Assembly (NCBI RefSeq): GCF_004010195.1
Contig: NC_057752.1
Location: forward strand, 3,709,639 to 3,773,638
Length of the DNA stretch: 64,000 bases
Direction: 5' to 3'
Origin: Chiloscyllium plagiosum
Lineage: Eukaryota
In this document: positions 63,215 through 64,000 of the stretch, one piece after another
How positions within the stretch are numbered: the first letter of the stretch is position 1
How the letters are laid out: each line of letters starts with the position of its first letter
The notes under the pieces: generated by a model
What the model saw: the letters and a program-made list of their open reading frames with translations, nothing else
Told to the model about the DNA's origin: nothing
The model's database searches: none
Made by a program: the position numbers and the translations under genes

Positions 63215-63351
63215 TCCCTCATTCCTGATGAAGAGCTTTTGCCCGAAACGTCAATTCTCCTGCTCCTCAAATCCTGCCTGACCTGCTGAGATTTTCCAGT
63301 ACCACACTATTTGACTCTGATACCCCAGCATCTGCAGTGCTCACTTTCTCC
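63215..63351 (+). mobile_element. Penelope pLTR insertion with hammerhead core (63225-63252)
   Basis: CTGATGA-A-GAGC-TTTT-GCCC-GAAAC-GTC; flanks ttcgtaaac / ttcataaac. Confidence 0.75.
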
Positions 63352-63636
63352 TCTTCATAAACTTAAATCGCAGTAAAATCTCCAATCCTTCTTTGGTGTC
63401 GAAGTTTGTTACACCCAGTTCTGAAATTACTTTATTTCTAACTTTACTCCTTCCTGGTAAGGATAAAGCCAATGCCATGACCTGGTTCTTCTTGGTTCGA
63501 GAACAGACCCAAGTTCACATCTCCACTTATTCTTCCATGCTCATATGGCTCCAATTCTGAAACACCAGGGGATTTCAGAACTTCAGAACTCACTTACAGT
63601 GAGACCCTACCATTTCACTTCAAAACACTCAACAGC

Positions 63637-63941
63637 TGGTACGATGGCTCAATGGTTAGCACTGCTTCCTCATAGCAATAGGGGCCTGGGTTCAATTCCA
63701 CCCTCGGGTGACTGGCTGTGTGGAGGTTGCACATTCTCCCAGTGTCTGTGTAAGTTTCCTCCCACACACGTACAGGTTAGGATGGATTGGCCATGCTAAA
63801 TTGTCCCTAGCGTCTAGGGATATGTAGGTTAGATTGATCATCCTTGGGAAATGCAGGGATGACTCAGGGTGGGATACTCTTCAAAGTTGGTGTGGACTTG
63901 TTAGGTCAAATGGCCCGTTTCCACACTGTCGGGATTCTATG
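63637..63941 (+). mobile_element. Older V-SINE-like copy
   Basis: A/B boxes, diverged V core and tail. Confidence 0.75.
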
Positions 63942-64000
63942 AAAGCTACCGGGAGCTTTGATCCTGTCAGAAAAGGAACTATCTTTTGCTTTCTTTATCT

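Overview
Repeat-dense vertebrate genomic DNA, most likely from a cartilaginous fish (shark). This is inferred from HE1/V-type SINEs, CR1 (HER1-like) LINEs, Deu-type SINEs and a ~70-bp tandem repeat. There are two assembly gaps. No intact host protein-coding gene is recognisable. Nearly all long ORFs are decayed transposon pieces: CR1, Penelope-like RT/GIY-YIG, Gypsy gag-pol, Tx1, Rex1/Babar and RTE. Highlights: (1) a Gypsy 5' LTR has been hit twice by poly(A)-type retroposons (one Tx1-like) within the same ~70-bp stretch, with 47-69 bp target duplications sharing one border, and a third Tx1-like copy 10 kb away carries that LTR stretch as an apparent 3' transduction, suggesting a Tx1 lineage that targets Gypsy LTRs; (2) many short, often palindromic Penelope-terminus insertions carry minimal hammerhead-ribozyme cores, have 13-16 bp TSDs, and have breakpoints clustering at the ribozyme; (3) three inverted duplications of local sequence (77 bp perfect, ~300 bp, and >=0.5 kb copies 35 kb apart) show template-switch signatures; (4) a candidate TATA-driven, spliced, probably non-coding transcript lies on the minus strand near 33-34 kb. 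All assignments come from reading the sequence by eye. No database search was run, and repeat boundaries are approximate unless a TSD is quoted.
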